A stretch of 64,000 nt of DNA, from contig OY843592.1 of the NCBI GenBank assembly GCA_963692865.2, positions 3,616,001 to 3,680,000 of the forward strand, given 5' to 3'. The notes beneath the pieces are model-generated. The model did not search any database. It was not told the origin of the DNA and saw only the letters and a program-made list of their open reading frames with translations. Below are positions 1-9,490 of this stretch, one piece after another. Origin of the DNA: a bacterium. Lineage in GTDB: Bacteria > UBA8248. How positions within the stretch are numbered: position 1 is the first letter of the stretch; each line of letters begins with the position of its first letter. The position numbers were made by a program, and so were the translations under genes.

Positions 1-1
1 G

Positions 2-388
2 AGCTACAAGGAGCTCAGGCGCGACGCTCTCGAAGTCGAGCGTTGGAACATGCTGCACCCGGATTGCGCGCCGAAAACCCCTTACGTGGCGCAATGCCTC
101 GCGCGCGCGCCCGGCGTTTGCGTGGCGGCTTCGGACTACGTGAAGGCCACGCCCGATTCGATTTCCAAATGGGCGCCCAGACCCATGATCTCGCTGGGAA
201 CCGAAGGCTTCGGAAGAAGCGAGTCGAGAGCATCGCTGAGAGATTTCTTTGAAATCGACGCGCGCTATATCGTGCTCGCCACCTTGTACGGCCTGGCGCG
301 GGACAAGAAGATATACCCCGAACTCGTGAACCAGGCGATGAAAGACCTCGATATCGATCCCGAAAAAACCAACCCGATGATTTCCTAA
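2..388 (+). CDS. aceE: Pyruvate dehydrogenase E1 component, C-terminal part (gene starts before the window)
   Basis: Frame is open from base 2 (SYKELRRDALEVERWNMLHP...AASDYVK...LGTEGFGRSESRASLRDFFEID...IDPEKTNP), the typical AceE C-terminus; directly upstream of E2. Confidence 0.93.
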   Translation, partial: SYKELRRDALEVERWNMLHPDCAPKTPYVAQCLARAPGVCVAASDYVKATPDSISKWAPRPMISLGTEGFGRSESRASLRDFFEIDARYIVLATLYGLARDKKIYPELVNQAMKDLDIDPEKTNPMIS

Positions 389-409
389 TTCAAATCCCGA
401 GGGAGTTCC

Positions 410-1819
410 ATGACCATCGAACTCAAACTCCCCGAGCTCGGGGAAAACATCACGTCCGGAAAAGTGATCGCCGTTTTGGTGAACGTGGGAGAAACCATAG
501 CGGTGGATCAGTCGGTCATCGAAGTGGAAACCGACAAGGCGCTCATCGAAGTCCCCTCGTCGGTCGAGGGGAAGATAACGGAAATCCATCTCAAGCCCGG
601 CGACGACGCTGAAGTCGGGGGAACCATTCTCGTCATCGAAGAAAGCGGCGCCGGCGCGGAGCCCGTCCTGGACCAGGAGAACTTCGAGGAAATCTCCTCA
701 GACACCGGCGAGCCAATGGGCCCGGAAGAAACCCAACCCATGCTGATAGGCGGCGAACCCTCCCCGCCCCCGGAGACCGAGGCCGAAGAGCCCGCCGCGC
801 CGGAGTCCGCGCCCGCCGGATATGCGCTGGAATCCGGGGAGACCTCATCCGAAGCGTCTGCGCCGGAGGCTTCCGGAGCGCCCGCGCCAACGAGCGAAAA
901 AGAGCCCGCGCCCGCGGCGCCCTCGGTGCGCAGGATAGCCCGTGAGGCGGGCGTCGACATAAGCGACGTGCCGGGCAGCGGGATTGGAGGCAGAATATCC
1001 GCGCAGGACGTCAGGGAATTCGTGGCGGCCCAAGGGGGCGCCGCCTTACCGGATGCGCCCGCTCCCGCGCTGCTGAGCGCGCCCGTTCAACTGCCCGACC
1101 TCGCCCGCTGGGGAGGGGTCAAGCGCGAGCCGATGTCGGGAATCCGGCGCGCGACGTCCGAGAACCTCGCACGCGCGTGGACGAACATCCCCCACGTGAC
1201 CCAGTGCGAAAAGGCCGATATTTCCGAGCTCGACGCCTTGAGGAGAAAATTCGCTCCAAAGGCGGAGGCCGCCGGCGGCAAACTCACCATCACCGCCATT
1301 CTGATAAAAATCATCGCTTCGTCCCTCAAGGTCTTCCCCCAATTCAACGCGAGCGTCGACGCGGCGGCAAACGAGATCGTCTACAAGAACTACGCGCACG
1401 TGGGCGTCGCCGTGGATACCGAAAACGGTTTGCTCGTTCCGGTGATTCGCGATGCGGACAAGAAGAACATCATCGAGCTGTCGGTGGAACTGGGCGAAAT
1501 TTCGGAACGCGCCCGCTCCCGGAAACTCGCCCCGGACGACATGCAGGGCGGATCCATCACCATCACGAATCTCGGCGGCTTCGGCGGCACGTATTTCACC
1601 CCGATAGTGAACTGGCCGGAAGTCGCCATTCTCGGCGTCTCCCGGGCGCGCATGGAGCCGGTTTGGGTGGAGGCCGAGGAGAAATTCGAACCACGCCTGA
1701 TGCTCCCGCTCATGGTTTCCTACGATCACCGCATCATCGACGGAGCGGACGGCGTGAAGTTCCTGAGGTGGGTGGCCGACGCGCTGGAAGAGCCCATGCT
1801 CATGAGCCTCGAGGGTTGA
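410..1819 (+). CDS. aceF: Dihydrolipoamide acetyltransferase (E2) of pyruvate dehydrogenase
   Basis: Single lipoyl domain (VETDKA), Pro/Ala/Glu-rich linker, E3-binding domain (AAPSVRRIARE...GSGIGGRI), catalytic DHRIIDG. Confidence 0.93.
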   Translation: MTIELKLPELGENITSGKVIAVLVNVGETIAVDQSVIEVETDKALIEVPSSVEGKITEIHLKPGDDAEVGGTILVIEESGAGAEPVLDQENFEEISSDTGEPMGPEETQPMLIGGEPSPPPETEAEEPAAPESAPAGYALESGETSSEASAPEASGAPAPTSEKEPAPAAPSVRRIAREAGVDISDVPGSGIGGRISAQDVREFVAAQGGAALPDAPAPALLSAPVQLPDLARWGGVKREPMSGIRRATSENLARAWTNIPHVTQCEKADISELDALRRKFAPKAEAAGGKLTITAILIKIIASSLKVFPQFNASVDAAANEIVYKNYAHVGVAVDTENGLLVPVIRDADKKNIIELSVELGEISERARSRKLAPDDMQGGSITITNLGGFGGTYFTPIVNWPEVAILGVSRARMEPVWVEAEEKFEPRLMLPLMVSYDHRIIDGADGVKFLRWVADALEEPMLMSLEG

Positions 1820-1983
1820 AAGAACCTTTTGGAGAAGCATACGGCAACCTGATTGGGCATGACGGGGCATTCCGCCCTCGACAACCTTCCGGAGTGACCC
1901 GCTCCGCCATCGTTCAGTGAAACCTCCGGATCATTTCAGGAGGCCCGCGGTTCTCCGGGACTTATCTTCTGGATATCTTTTCG

Positions 1984-2562
1984 ATGACGAATCTCCTGGG
2001 TGATTGGAACTTTTTGCAGTATTGGTGGTGGAAACCCTACGTCAAGCCTCTCATCGGGCTGGGCTGGTTTGCGGGCGTCATTGCGCTGGGAGCAATTATC
2101 TTCTTCGCCGTCATGGGCAGCGCCAGACTCTCCGAGTACAGAAACGCTCTCTTCCCCCCGAAAGAACCGGAGATCCCCGAGGACGAAGCGGCGCTCGTCG
2201 AATTCATGGAGTCTTTCTTCCCCGAAACGTCGGAAGAGGAAATCATCCTGATGGAGCAAATTCTCGACGACGTGATGAAGGAGGACATCCACCCGCAAAT
2301 GGCGCGAGAAATCCAGGATCGGGGGATACCGGTTCGCCTACTGACGCTTCCGCCTCCCGAAATCGTACGCGCGGTGGGATGCTATCCCGTGGCCGTGTGG
2401 ATTCCCCGTCTGAACGCGATAGAGATATACGCATCGGTCGTCAAGAGCGAGTGCCGGCGGGACCCGAGCCGCTACAGAGAGCTGATAGGCGATTTGCTGC
2501 TGCACGAAATAGGCCACGCCCTGGGCCTGGATGAACCGAAAATCAAGGATTTCGGCGTGTAG
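1984..2562 (+). CDS. Membrane-anchored minimal zincin (Zincin_1-like) metallopeptidase family protein
   Basis: N-terminal hydrophobic helix; C-terminal LLHEIGHALGLDE (HExxH) preceded by IEIY strand. Confidence 0.65.
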   Translation: MTNLLGDWNFLQYWWWKPYVKPLIGLGWFAGVIALGAIIFFAVMGSARLSEYRNALFPPKEPEIPEDEAALVEFMESFFPETSEEEIILMEQILDDVMKEDIHPQMAREIQDRGIPVRLLTLPPPEIVRAVGCYPVAVWIPRLNAIEIYASVVKSECRRDPSRYRELIGDLLLHEIGHALGLDEPKIKDFGV

Positions 2563-2567
2563 CGGCT

Positions 2568-4088
2568 TTATTCGTGCGCGCCGCGCCCGTTCAGGTCGGC
2601 GGGGTCGGTCACCTCGACGCTTCCCTTGAGCCCGAACAGGCGCTGCATCTTCTTCCTGAAGGACGGCGTAAAGAGTTTTTCGGCGTAAAACCGGCCCGCC
2701 ACCCTTTTGTTCACCTGCGCGAGCGTGGGATATACGTGCACCGTATCCACCACTTCCTTGACGTGCATCTTCTTGCGGACGGCCAGCGCGAACTCGTGCA
2801 ATATCTCCCCCGCCGCAGGCCCGACCAAATCCGCCCCCACGAGCCTGCCCTTCTCGTCACACACGACCTTGCACACACCCTCCGTCTCCCCGTCCAGCAC
2901 GGCGCGATCCACCCGGCTCATCGGAAAGCGCAAGACCTGAAAGCGATTCGCCCCCAAGGCGGCCTCGGCGTCGGCTTCGCTCAAGCCCACGTGCGCCGCT
3001 TCGGGCGTCGTGTAAATCGTCCACGGCACGGCGTCGTAGTTCGTCTTTTTCTTGAGAAACGGGAACGGAATCCCGAAAGGCGCGCTGAAGAGCATGTTCC
3101 TGAGCGCCACGCCCGCCTCGTATTCCGCCATATGGGTGAAGAGATATTGCCCTCGAATATCACCGGCGGCGAAGATGCGCGGATTCGCGGTTTGGAGATA
3201 TTCATCCGTCTCCACGCCTCGCGGGGAGTATTTGACGCCCGCTTTTTCCAGGTACATTCCGCCCACGTTGGGCGACCGGCCGGTCGCGATGAGAAGTTGA
3301 TCGCAGGTCCATTCTCTCTTGCCCGACAGCGTATCAGCTTCGAGAAAAATCTCCTCGCCGCGTTTCTCGACTTTTTGCGTCTTCACGTTGAAATGGAGTT
3401 TGAGACCGGATTTCGCCAAGGAGTCAGCCAGAATATCGGCCATTTCCTTGTCGAGCCTCGGCAGGAGTTTCGGCGCGCTTTGCAGCACTTCCACCTCGGC
3501 GCCGAGTTGTTGAAACGCCTGTGACAATTCCAGGCCGATGGGTCCCGCGCCCAGCACCACCATGCGCCGGGGCAGTTCCTCCAAATCGAAAACGGTCTCG
3601 TTCGTGAGGTAGGGCACGCCGTCGAGGCCGGCGATGGGCGGCACGAAGGGAGAACTCCCCATGGACAGTAAAAACCGCTTGGCCCGCAGGGTTCTGTCTC
3701 CTATCTGAAACGTATCCGGACCGGTAAAGGCCCCGTCGCCGAAAATCACCTCGATGCCCATGCCCTCGAAGCGCTCGGGCGCGTCGTGCTCGCCGATATG
3801 GGCCTGGGCCGCCTTCATACGCTTCATGACGCGAGAGAAATCGACGCGCACGTCGCCCACATCAATCCCGAACTCGGGCATCAATCGCGCCTGCGCCGCC
3901 AGCCTGGCCGAGCGGATCAAGCCTTTCGAGGGCACGCATCCATAATTGAGGCAATCACCGCCGAGCTTCGTCTTCTCGACGAGCGCGGCTTTGGCGCCCA
4001 GTTGCGCCGCGCCGACGGACGCCACCAGTCCGCCGACGCCTCCCCCGATGGACACCAAATCAAACTCAGACTCTTTTAGCATCTTCAT
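2568..4088 (-). CDS. Class I pyridine nucleotide-disulfide oxidoreductase (mercuric reductase/dihydrolipoamide dehydrogenase-like)
   Basis: GGGVGG FAD motif, GGDCLNYGCVPSK redox disulfide, GAGPIGLE NAD(P) motif, AAGDI, C-terminal HVYPTL. Confidence 0.88.
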   Translation of the reverse strand: MKMLKESEFDLVSIGGGVGGLVASVGAAQLGAKAALVEKTKLGGDCLNYGCVPSKGLIRSARLAAQARLMPEFGIDVGDVRVDFSRVMKRMKAAQAHIGEHDAPERFEGMGIEVIFGDGAFTGPDTFQIGDRTLRAKRFLLSMGSSPFVPPIAGLDGVPYLTNETVFDLEELPRRMVVLGAGPIGLELSQAFQQLGAEVEVLQSAPKLLPRLDKEMADILADSLAKSGLKLHFNVKTQKVEKRGEEIFLEADTLSGKREWTCDQLLIATGRSPNVGGMYLEKAGVKYSPRGVETDEYLQTANPRIFAAGDIRGQYLFTHMAEYEAGVALRNMLFSAPFGIPFPFLKKKTNYDAVPWTIYTTPEAAHVGLSEADAEAALGANRFQVLRFPMSRVDRAVLDGETEGVCKVVCDEKGRLVGADLVGPAAGEILHEFALAVRKKMHVKEVVDTVHVYPTLAQVNKRVAGRFYAEKLFTPSFRKKMQRLFGLKGSVEVTDPADLNGRGAHE

Positions 4089-4142
4089 ATCCTCTCAAGA
4101 CGACGAAAAGCACTTATCCTGTGACAATGCGGTACAACCCGT

Positions 4143-5669
4143 TCAAGACGCTTCCTCAGCCATTGGTTTGAAACCAAACGCGAAAAACAAAATAGCAATG
4201 AGCAGATAACCGGCGGCTATGCCGGGCGCCGCCCCCCACCCGAAGAAGCTCACGACGCCGCCGGGCGTGATCCGCCAGGCGTGGATAATCCCGAACCAGC
4301 TCAATACCGCGCCGGCCAAAGCCCAGCTTCCCGCCTGTTTCGGCTTCTTATCGAGCAGTTTCGCAACGATGGCCGTCAATATGATGGAAGTGAAAAGAAA
4401 ACCCCGCTCCAGGGTGATCATCCCCACTAGATGAAACCCCGCCTTGGCGAACGCGTCCTGCCCTATTTTCCACAAGCTCGCGCCCGCCGCCCGGAGGGAA
4501 GATTCCACCATCAGCAGGCCCCACGCGGCGATGGCGGGTATCAACCCGATGGCCACAGCTGGCCCGTGATTCTTCGGCACGGCCTGAAACGCCTGTGTGA
4601 GCATCATCACCCCTATCCAGAGCATGAGGGCGAAGAGCGCCTCGCCCGGAATGATTTTCGAAAGCGCCGCTATCGAGCCGGTGAAGCAGAGGATCGTCAT
4701 CACCACCCCGTTCAGGGCGCTGTAGCCCGAGCGCGCGCCGACCTTCTTCCAGGCAGGATGTCCGATATATATCGTCGTGGGAAAACAACTACCCAGACAT
4801 GCCGCGAGAAGCGAACCCGCGCCGTTCACCGCCAGAGAACCGCCCGTTTCGAATTCGTCACCCGCAGCTGCCGCACTTTCCAGGCACATCAGACTGCCCA
4901 CAAGCGTCATCAGGCCCATGGGGATGGAAACCGCGAGGTAATCCCAGGCCAGCGGGCCGAAGAGAGCGTCGGCCAAAGGGACGAGGGCGGAGGACGGGAG
5001 CGCAAGGCCAACAGGCGCAGGAACGCCTTCTGGAAATCCCTTGACGAGGGCGGACAAAACCACCCCCGCCGCCACCGCCACGAGGCCGCCCGGCAAACCG
5101 AAGGGAAACCTGAATCCGCCGAAATAATGGAGCAGGATGATTCCCAGAGGCACCATGGAGAGAAGCGGATTTTCCCAGATTCTGAACGCGAAATCCATGG
5201 AAATGAATGTGAGCGCGATGCCCCCCAGTGCCGAGAGCAGAGCGGCCCTTGGCGCAACCCGTCTGATCCACCCGCCCGCCAGCGAGCCTGCTGTTTCGAT
5301 GACCCCGCTCACAAAACAGGCCGCCAGCCCCGCCTTCCAGGCCGCTTCCGCGCTTCCGGTCTTGAGTTTCACGGGGAGCATCACGAAGAAGATGAATGCG
5401 AAAAGCGTCACCGTGTTGAGGCCGTAGGGCATGGCGGTCACATCGTCGCGGCCCTCGCGCGCGGCCAGGCGCCGCGCCTGCCAGGTGTAGAAAAGGTTGC
5501 CGCCCAGAAGGCTCAGGGCCGCGGCGGGCAATACGCGCCCGAAAATGAGAGACTCAGGAAAACCCAGCAGCCCTTTGAGAAAACTCACGATGAGAAGAAG
5601 ATTGATAAGGTTGTCCATCCACAGGCCGAAAAAGCCGTCGACATCACCCTTCACAAACCATCTGGGCAT
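4143..5669 (-). CDS. NCS2/AzgA-like nucleobase permease
   Basis: Polytopic membrane protein with GDVDGFFGL N-terminus, ESAAAAGDEF and PTTIYIGHPAWK motifs; start at 5669 or 5681. Confidence 0.8.
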   Translation of the reverse strand: MPRWFVKGDVDGFFGLWMDNLINLLLIVSFLKGLLGFPESLIFGRVLPAAALSLLGGNLFYTWQARRLAAREGRDDVTAMPYGLNTVTLFAFIFFVMLPVKLKTGSAEAAWKAGLAACFVSGVIETAGSLAGGWIRRVAPRAALLSALGGIALTFISMDFAFRIWENPLLSMVPLGIILLHYFGGFRFPFGLPGGLVAVAAGVVLSALVKGFPEGVPAPVGLALPSSALVPLADALFGPLAWDYLAVSIPMGLMTLVGSLMCLESAAAAGDEFETGGSLAVNGAGSLLAACLGSCFPTTIYIGHPAWKKVGARSGYSALNGVVMTILCFTGSIAALSKIIPGEALFALMLWIGVMMLTQAFQAVPKNHGPAVAIGLIPAIAAWGLLMVESSLRAAGASLWKIGQDAFAKAGFHLVGMITLERGFLFTSIILTAIVAKLLDKKPKQAGSWALAGAVLSWFGIIHAWRITPGGVVSFFGWGAAPGIAAGYLLIAILFFAFGFKPMAEEAS

Positions 5670-5841
5670 CGGAGTCCCCATGTTAAATGTCAATACGTCA
5701 AACCGAGCGCGGCGCAACTCACGGGATAGTAAAACACGCAGGCGTGTTCGCCAAAGCGCGCGAGGCAGTTTTTCTCACCCCTGTCGTTTGATATGATTCG
5801 CTAATCAATTATCACCTTCGTGAACGTCGAGGAGAAAAGCG

Positions 5842-6594
5842 ATGGAAGCTGTCAAAGTCTATACGCGCCACGGCTGATACACCTGCGCCCTTACGAGAGA
5901 GTTTCTCTCGTCCAGCGGCCTCGAAGTCGTCAACCGTGACTGCACGAACGACGCCGAAGCGCAAGCGGAACTGAAAGCACTCGGAATCAAATCCCTGCCC
6001 GTCGCCGTGCGCGGAGAGAACGTGGTAGTGGGCTATGACGTGGACGCGCTCCGCGCTGCCTTCGGCATCGAACAAGAAGGCGCAGGTCCCCTCTCCTCCG
6101 AAAAGATGCTCCACTACTTCGAGATGGTCTTCGACGCCCTGCGCCGCGTGGTTCGCCAGATCCCGCACGAAACGCTCGACTGGGTATCTCCCGGCAGGCC
6201 CCGCACGCTGCGCCAACTCACCTGGCACAGCTTCGAGCGTCCGGACCTCGTGATGCAGGCCCACGCCTCGGGGGAGTACACCGAGGAGATGGTGCGGCGG
6301 TATGAAACGATGGCGAACGACTATGATACGACCGAAGACATCTGCGCCTATGGGGATGAAATCCAAGCCAGACTCACCGATTTCCTGACCGACGGCGGCG
6401 AGGCGCTCGCGAAAAAAGTGTCGAGCTACATGGGGCCGATCACCGTGCATGAACTGATGATCCTCTCCCTGGGACACGCTTTCCAGCATCTGCGGCAAAC
6501 CTACCACTACTTCGGAATGCTGGAGATTACGCCGGAAAATCCACTCCAAGCCGAAGACTACGAGGAAGTGCCCGTGCCCAAGGATCTTTTCTAG
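5842..6594 (+). CDS. Putative selenoprotein: glutaredoxin/NrdH-like domain (U-Y-T-C) fused to DinB/YfiT-like domain, 250 aa
   Basis: RBS GAGGAG then ATG 5842; MEAVKVYTRHG-[TGA 5875-5877]-YTCALTREFLSSSG...LGIKSLPVAVRGENVVVGYD, in frame with the 6007-6594 ORF. The C-terminal domain has LRQLTWH and HAFQHLRQ His motifs. A hairpin follows the TGA. Confidence 0.85.
5893..5911 (+). promoter_or_regulatory. Candidate bacterial SECIS hairpin for UGA at 5875
   Basis: ACGAGAGA-GTT-TCTCTCGT, a perfect 8-bp stem with a G-initiated loop, starting 15 nt after the TGA. Confidence 0.6.
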
Positions 6595-6625
6595 CCCTAA
6601 CTATCAGCTTTAAGGAGACCGCCTG

Positions 6626-7902
6626 ATGCCCTCGAAAGACACGTTTCCCTTCCGCGCAAACCGCGCACGCATGAAGCGCGAGTTCAACGCCAGGCGAAGA
6701 TAGGCAAATACGGGAAAACGGGCCTCGACCGCGTGGCCTTTACGCCGGTCTACAATGAGGCGCGCGACCTCGCCGAGGGCTGGATGAGGGAGGCGGGCCT
6801 CACAACGCTCGTGGACGCCGTGGGAAATCTCTACGGAAGAAAAGAGGGCCGCGTGCGCGGGCTTCCCGCCGTGATGACCGGCTCTCACCTCGATTCCCAA
6901 AGCCCGGGCGGGCGGTTCGACGGACCCGCAGGCGTTCTCACCGCTCTTGAAGCGGTGCGGCGCATCGGCGAGACGGGACTCGCCCACGACCACCCCATCG
7001 AGGTGGTGGCCTTCGTGGGGGAGGAATCCGCCTGCGGGATGACGGTGTTCGGCAGCAGCGTCGCCACGGGCGTCGTGGGCGTGAAGGATTTGAAGAACAC
7101 GGTGCATCCGCCCACAGGAAAATCCCTGTATGAGGCCATCGAGGCGGTGGGTGGAAACCCCGCGCGCACCCGCTCATGCCGGATTAAAAATGGATCGCTC
7201 AAGGCCTTTCTGGAACTTCACATCGAGCAAGGGCCGGTTCTCGAATCGGCCGAGGTGCCCATCGGCATCGTGGACCGGGTGGTGGGATACGCGAGGGGCG
7301 AGGTCCACTTCACGGGCGTTACGGCGCACTCGGGCGGACAGCCCATGCCCTACCGCAAGGACGCCGGCATCGCAGCGGCGGACTTCATGGTCCGCATGGA
7401 AAATTTCGTGAACCGCGCGCCCGAATCCCAGCGCGTGACAATCACATTCGGGGAGATGGAGGCGCACCCGGGGTGGGTGTCCATCGTGCCCGGAGGCGCG
7501 AGGCTTTCTTTCGATCTCAGAAGCAGGAGCCAGGCGGTGATGGAGCGCACTATCGCGCGCATGGAAAAGACGCTCGCCTCCATTGAGAAGGAGCGGGGCG
7601 TAAAGGGCCATCTCTCCGACGTGAAGAAGCTGGCCGTTTGCCCCGCCTCGGGCAACATTCAAAAAGCGCTCCGGCGCGCTTCACGGGAAACGGGCCATGC
7701 CTCTCTCACTCTTTCGAGCGGCGGAGTGCACGACGCCTGCCGGATGGCGGAGATTTGCCCGATGGGCATGGTGTTCATCCCCTCGGTGGGCGGGCTCTCG
7801 CACACGCCCGAGGAATTCACGCACTTCGACGACATGGTGAAGGGCGCGGAAATCCTCGCCTCCGCCATCGCGCATCTCGCCAACGAGAAAGTGAAGGCGT
7901 AA
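6626..7902 (+). CDS. Zn-dependent amidohydrolase, M20 hydantoinase/carbamoylase (allantoate amidohydrolase-like) family; apparent 1-nt frameshift near 6690
   Basis: GSHLDS, GRFDGPAGV, GEES, LELHIEQGPVLE, GVHDA and GLSH motifs. AAGGAG RBS plus ATG 6626 lies one base out of frame with the main ORF. Confidence 0.85.
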
Positions 7903-8157
7903 GACAAAATAGAAACGAGGTTGTCAATCAGAAACGTCCTTTGCTCTTGGGCAAGGCTCACATTTCACATTCACTTTCCAGTGAACGCTTTTCGCCCTGA
8001 AAACCTTTATTTTTATGAAGTTATTGTAAAGCAAGGCGTATTATGATAAATTTCGCTTCCTCAAAATAAGTAGGTGTGAATGTTTTGCCGCAAACTCGTT
8101 TGCGGCGTAGCGTCTCGAAACCGAAACTCTACAGTGGAAATCGAGAGGGAGAAAAAA

Positions 8158-9417
8158 ATGGGCAGGATAATCAGGCACGTGGTTCTCGGGTTTGCGCTGC
8201 TCCTCGCGGTGAGCATCGCCCTCACGCCTTCGGCGCAGGCGGCCAAGGAAGTGAAGATCGGATTCAGCATGGCGCTGACCGGACCGCTCGGCCCCGCAGG
8301 CAAGGCGGCGCTTCTGGCCATGCAGATCTGGCGCGACGACGTGAACGCCAAGGGCGGATTGCTGGGCCGCAAAGTCAAGCTGGTCTATTACGACGATCAG
8401 ACCAAACCCGCCAACGTTCCGGGCATCTACGCCAAGCTTCTCGACGTGGACAAGGTGGACTTCATCGTCTCGGGCTACGGGACAAACCTCATCGTTCCCG
8501 CACTGCCCATCGCGATGGAGCGCGGCATGGTGTTCATGGGCCTCTTCGGCCTCGACGCGAACGCGAAGTTCAAATACAACAACTACTTCCAGATCATGCC
8601 GGCCGGCCCCGACCCGATAGTGGACTGGTCGCGCGGCTTTTTTGAACTCGCCGCGAAGCAGAAGCCCCGGCCCAAGACGATAGCGCTGCTCTCGGCCGAT
8701 GCGGAATTCGCGCGCAACGCCGTGGCCGGCGCGCGCCGGAACGCGAAGAAATACGGCTTCAAGATCGTCTACGACAAGCGCTACCCCTTCCCCGGCACAT
8801 CCGACTTCACGCCGATTCTGCGCGCGGTCAAGGCCACGAACCCCGACCTGTTCTACGTGGGTTCCTATCCGGGCGGTTCGGTCGGCATCGTGAAGGCCGC
8901 ACATGAGATCAAACTGGAACCCAAGCTCTTCGGCGGCGGTATGGTGGGGCTTCAGTACACCGCCATCCAGATGAACCTCGGCAAACTGCTCAACGGCATC
9001 ACGGACTACTGGTTCTGGGCGCCGGAGAAGACCCTGAAGTTTCCCGGCATCGAGGCCTTTCTGGCGAAATACCAGAAAGAAGCGCCCAAGCAGAAACTCG
9101 ACCCGCTGGGCTACTACCTGCCACCGTTCGCCTACGCCTACGTGCAACTACTCGGAAATGCGATCGAGGCCACCAAGAGTTTCGACCAGGCGAAAATCGG
9201 CGCCTACATCCGCAACAACACCCATTCGACCGTGGTCGGAAAGGTGAAGTTCGGCAAGAACGGCGAATGGGCGACTTCCCGGACGTTCCAGGTGCAGCTC
9301 CAGAACATCACCAGCAACAAGATGAGCGAGTTCAGCAAAGCAGGAAAGATGGTGGTGGTGTATCCCGAGGAATTCAAGTCCGGAGAACTGATCTACCCAT
9401 ACGCAAAAGGCAAGTAA
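8158..9417 (+). CDS. Branched-chain amino acid-type ABC transporter substrate-binding protein
   Basis: Signal peptide (AQA cleavage site), KIGFSMALTG, NAKGGLLGRKVKLVYYDDQT; heads a liv-type operon. Confidence 0.92.
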   Translation: MGRIIRHVVLGFALLLAVSIALTPSAQAAKEVKIGFSMALTGPLGPAGKAALLAMQIWRDDVNAKGGLLGRKVKLVYYDDQTKPANVPGIYAKLLDVDKVDFIVSGYGTNLIVPALPIAMERGMVFMGLFGLDANAKFKYNNYFQIMPAGPDPIVDWSRGFFELAAKQKPRPKTIALLSADAEFARNAVAGARRNAKKYGFKIVYDKRYPFPGTSDFTPILRAVKATNPDLFYVGSYPGGSVGIVKAAHEIKLEPKLFGGGMVGLQYTAIQMNLGKLLNGITDYWFWAPEKTLKFPGIEAFLAKYQKEAPKQKLDPLGYYLPPFAYAYVQLLGNAIEATKSFDQAKIGAYIRNNTHSTVVGKVKFGKNGEWATSRTFQVQLQNITSNKMSEFSKAGKMVVVYPEEFKSGELIYPYAKGK

Positions 9418-9437
9418 CGAACCGGACATAAAATTGT

Positions 9438-9461
9438 GACCGGGGGGGAAACCCCCCGGTC
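9438..9461 (+). other. Intercistronic stem-loop after the binding-protein gene
   Basis: GACCGGGGGG-GAAA-CCCCCCGGTC, a perfect stem with a GNRA loop and no U tract; probably stabilises the mRNA. Confidence 0.6.
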
Positions 9462-9490
9462 CGCGTCCGGCTCACGGGAGGAGAGCATCC

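Noticed and set aside
2568-4088. Calling this gene merA or lpdA
   Set aside because: It lacks the MerA C-terminal Cys pair and mer context, and lacks the LpdA HPTxxE motif.
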